A DNA stretch of 64,000 nucleotides, from positions 144,336,001 through 144,400,000 of the forward strand of contig OZ320313.1 in NCBI GenBank assembly GCA_976226885.1, written 5' to 3'. Of the stretch, positions 62,901-64,000 are shown in pieces. The stretch is from Iphione sp. A-MEVVRFRX5 (taxonomy: Eukaryota). The notes under the pieces were generated by a model. That model was not told the DNA's origin, did no database searches, and worked only from the letters and a program-made list of their open reading frames with translations. The translations under genes and the position numbers were made by a program. Position 1 is the first letter of the stretch, and the number at the start of each line of letters is the position of its first letter.

Positions 62901-64000
62901 TTTCTCTTTCTCAGATTCAGCGCCATATTTCTATCAGCTACTGTGCCATCTCATCAAATTGGAATATGAAAAAAACTATATTTACTGCATGTAGTTTTGG
63001 AGAGATTGCAGATCTCTATAAACGTTATGCATATTATAACAGATATATACAAATAAATATATTTGATTGGAGTTGTATTACTCATTTATTTAAATAATCG
63101 TCAAAAAAGCCTTACTATTTATCATTTTGAACAGCTGTTGTTATTTAGTGCTTGTTCGTGGCATAGAATTCAGAGAACTACTGTGGAACGTACTAAGGAC
63201 GCTCCTTTTTCGGCCGTCGACACATTCCATTGCTTGCATCTCACCAAAACAGAGTAGTTTGAGTCCTTTATAATATGCGCCCTTCTCATAGCTACAAGGA
63301 GAGATTATATGGGAGAACTTGCAACCGAAGTAATTCGAAACAGCAACACAGGAGCAGCAAAGTATTCAATACTGGAGCGCATAATTAAGGATTGTTTATT
63401 TGTTGTGATATGTGCATACTTGAGAGTACACTTGTTCCAGTCATTTTGTAGTGTTTTGTTGCTTTATGCATAACAGATATACATAAATACTTTAAAGTGA
63501 CACATATAGATGGCAATGCACTATTCTATTTCAGGAAAACATGCACAGATGTGTGAATAAAGTGGGATGGGATATAAATGATACAAATTATTAAACAATT
63601 TCCAGCACTCTTGCTTTACTTAATATGTCTACAAGCACAAATGTATACATGTACATGTAAAAGTACATTTTACAATTCTTGTGTTCAGAAAGTGACAAAG
63701 TGATATTTTCCTGATGAGAGCAAGACTGGTGAAGAGCACATTCAGGTTGACAACATACCTGTACACAGCTTGCTGCCGAACGCACTCCGTTGGGCAAGGA
63801 CTCCTCCCATCCCTGGTAACCAGGTGCATACTCTGGCTCAGTCCTTTCTGGTCCTTTGCGCAAGGTAACCGATCAATAAATGCTCATTGATTCTCATCAG
63901 GTAGTATTGTCCAGCCACAACAAAAGCAAGGTAAATGTAGCAACGCTTTGTCAGCGGTCGGGTGGATGAAAGCAGATACGGACATCGGTAGCACCCTTTG

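Noticed and set aside
63691-64000. GC-richer patch with splice-like signals at the right edge (plus acceptor at ~63690, plus donors at ~63865 and 63931, minus donor CAG|gtatgt at 63758)
   Set aside because: On the plus strand all frames stop shortly after the acceptor; on the minus strand no frame is open from the window edge to the donor and no good acceptor exists. A neighbouring gene cannot be supported, though a non-coding exon is not excluded.
1-64000. CRISPR arrays, rRNA, tRNA, transposase or reverse-transcriptase ORFs, prokaryotic operons
   Set aside because: None seen. The window is intron-rich eukaryotic DNA without regularly spaced repeats or mobile-element protein motifs; degenerate TEs cannot be excluded without a repeat library.

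Overview
Eukaryotic genomic DNA with one assembly gap (N at 31975-32122). It is most likely amphioxus-like (Branchiostoma); this is an inference from a very vertebrate-like Lhx1/5 protein in a sequence rich in TACATGTA. The only protein-coding gene I can support is a minus-strand LIM-homeobox gene of the Lhx1/5 (Lim1/5) family. Three coding exons splice in frame at canonical GT-AG sites: exon 1 (58267-58098, LIM1), exon 2 (50817-50615, LIM2) and exon 3 (26273-25699, a long low-complexity linker plus homeodomain residues 1-46). Together they give 948 nt, or 316 aa. The exon starting VWFQNRRSK was not found and should lie left of the window, so intron 3 exceeds 25.6 kb. The rest is very large intronic and upstream sequence with GC-rich blocks, microsatellites and several dense clusters of developmental transcription-factor motifs (FoxH1, K50/Otx, Pbx-Meis, Onecut, DR1, CTCF-like). 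There are also splice signals hinting at non-coding 5' exons and a possible antisense spliced transcript. I found no RNA genes, transposase/RT remnants or CRISPR-like arrays. Nearly all other ORFs in the track look like chance or shadow ORFs. All motif counts were made by eye and all regulatory calls are hypotheses.
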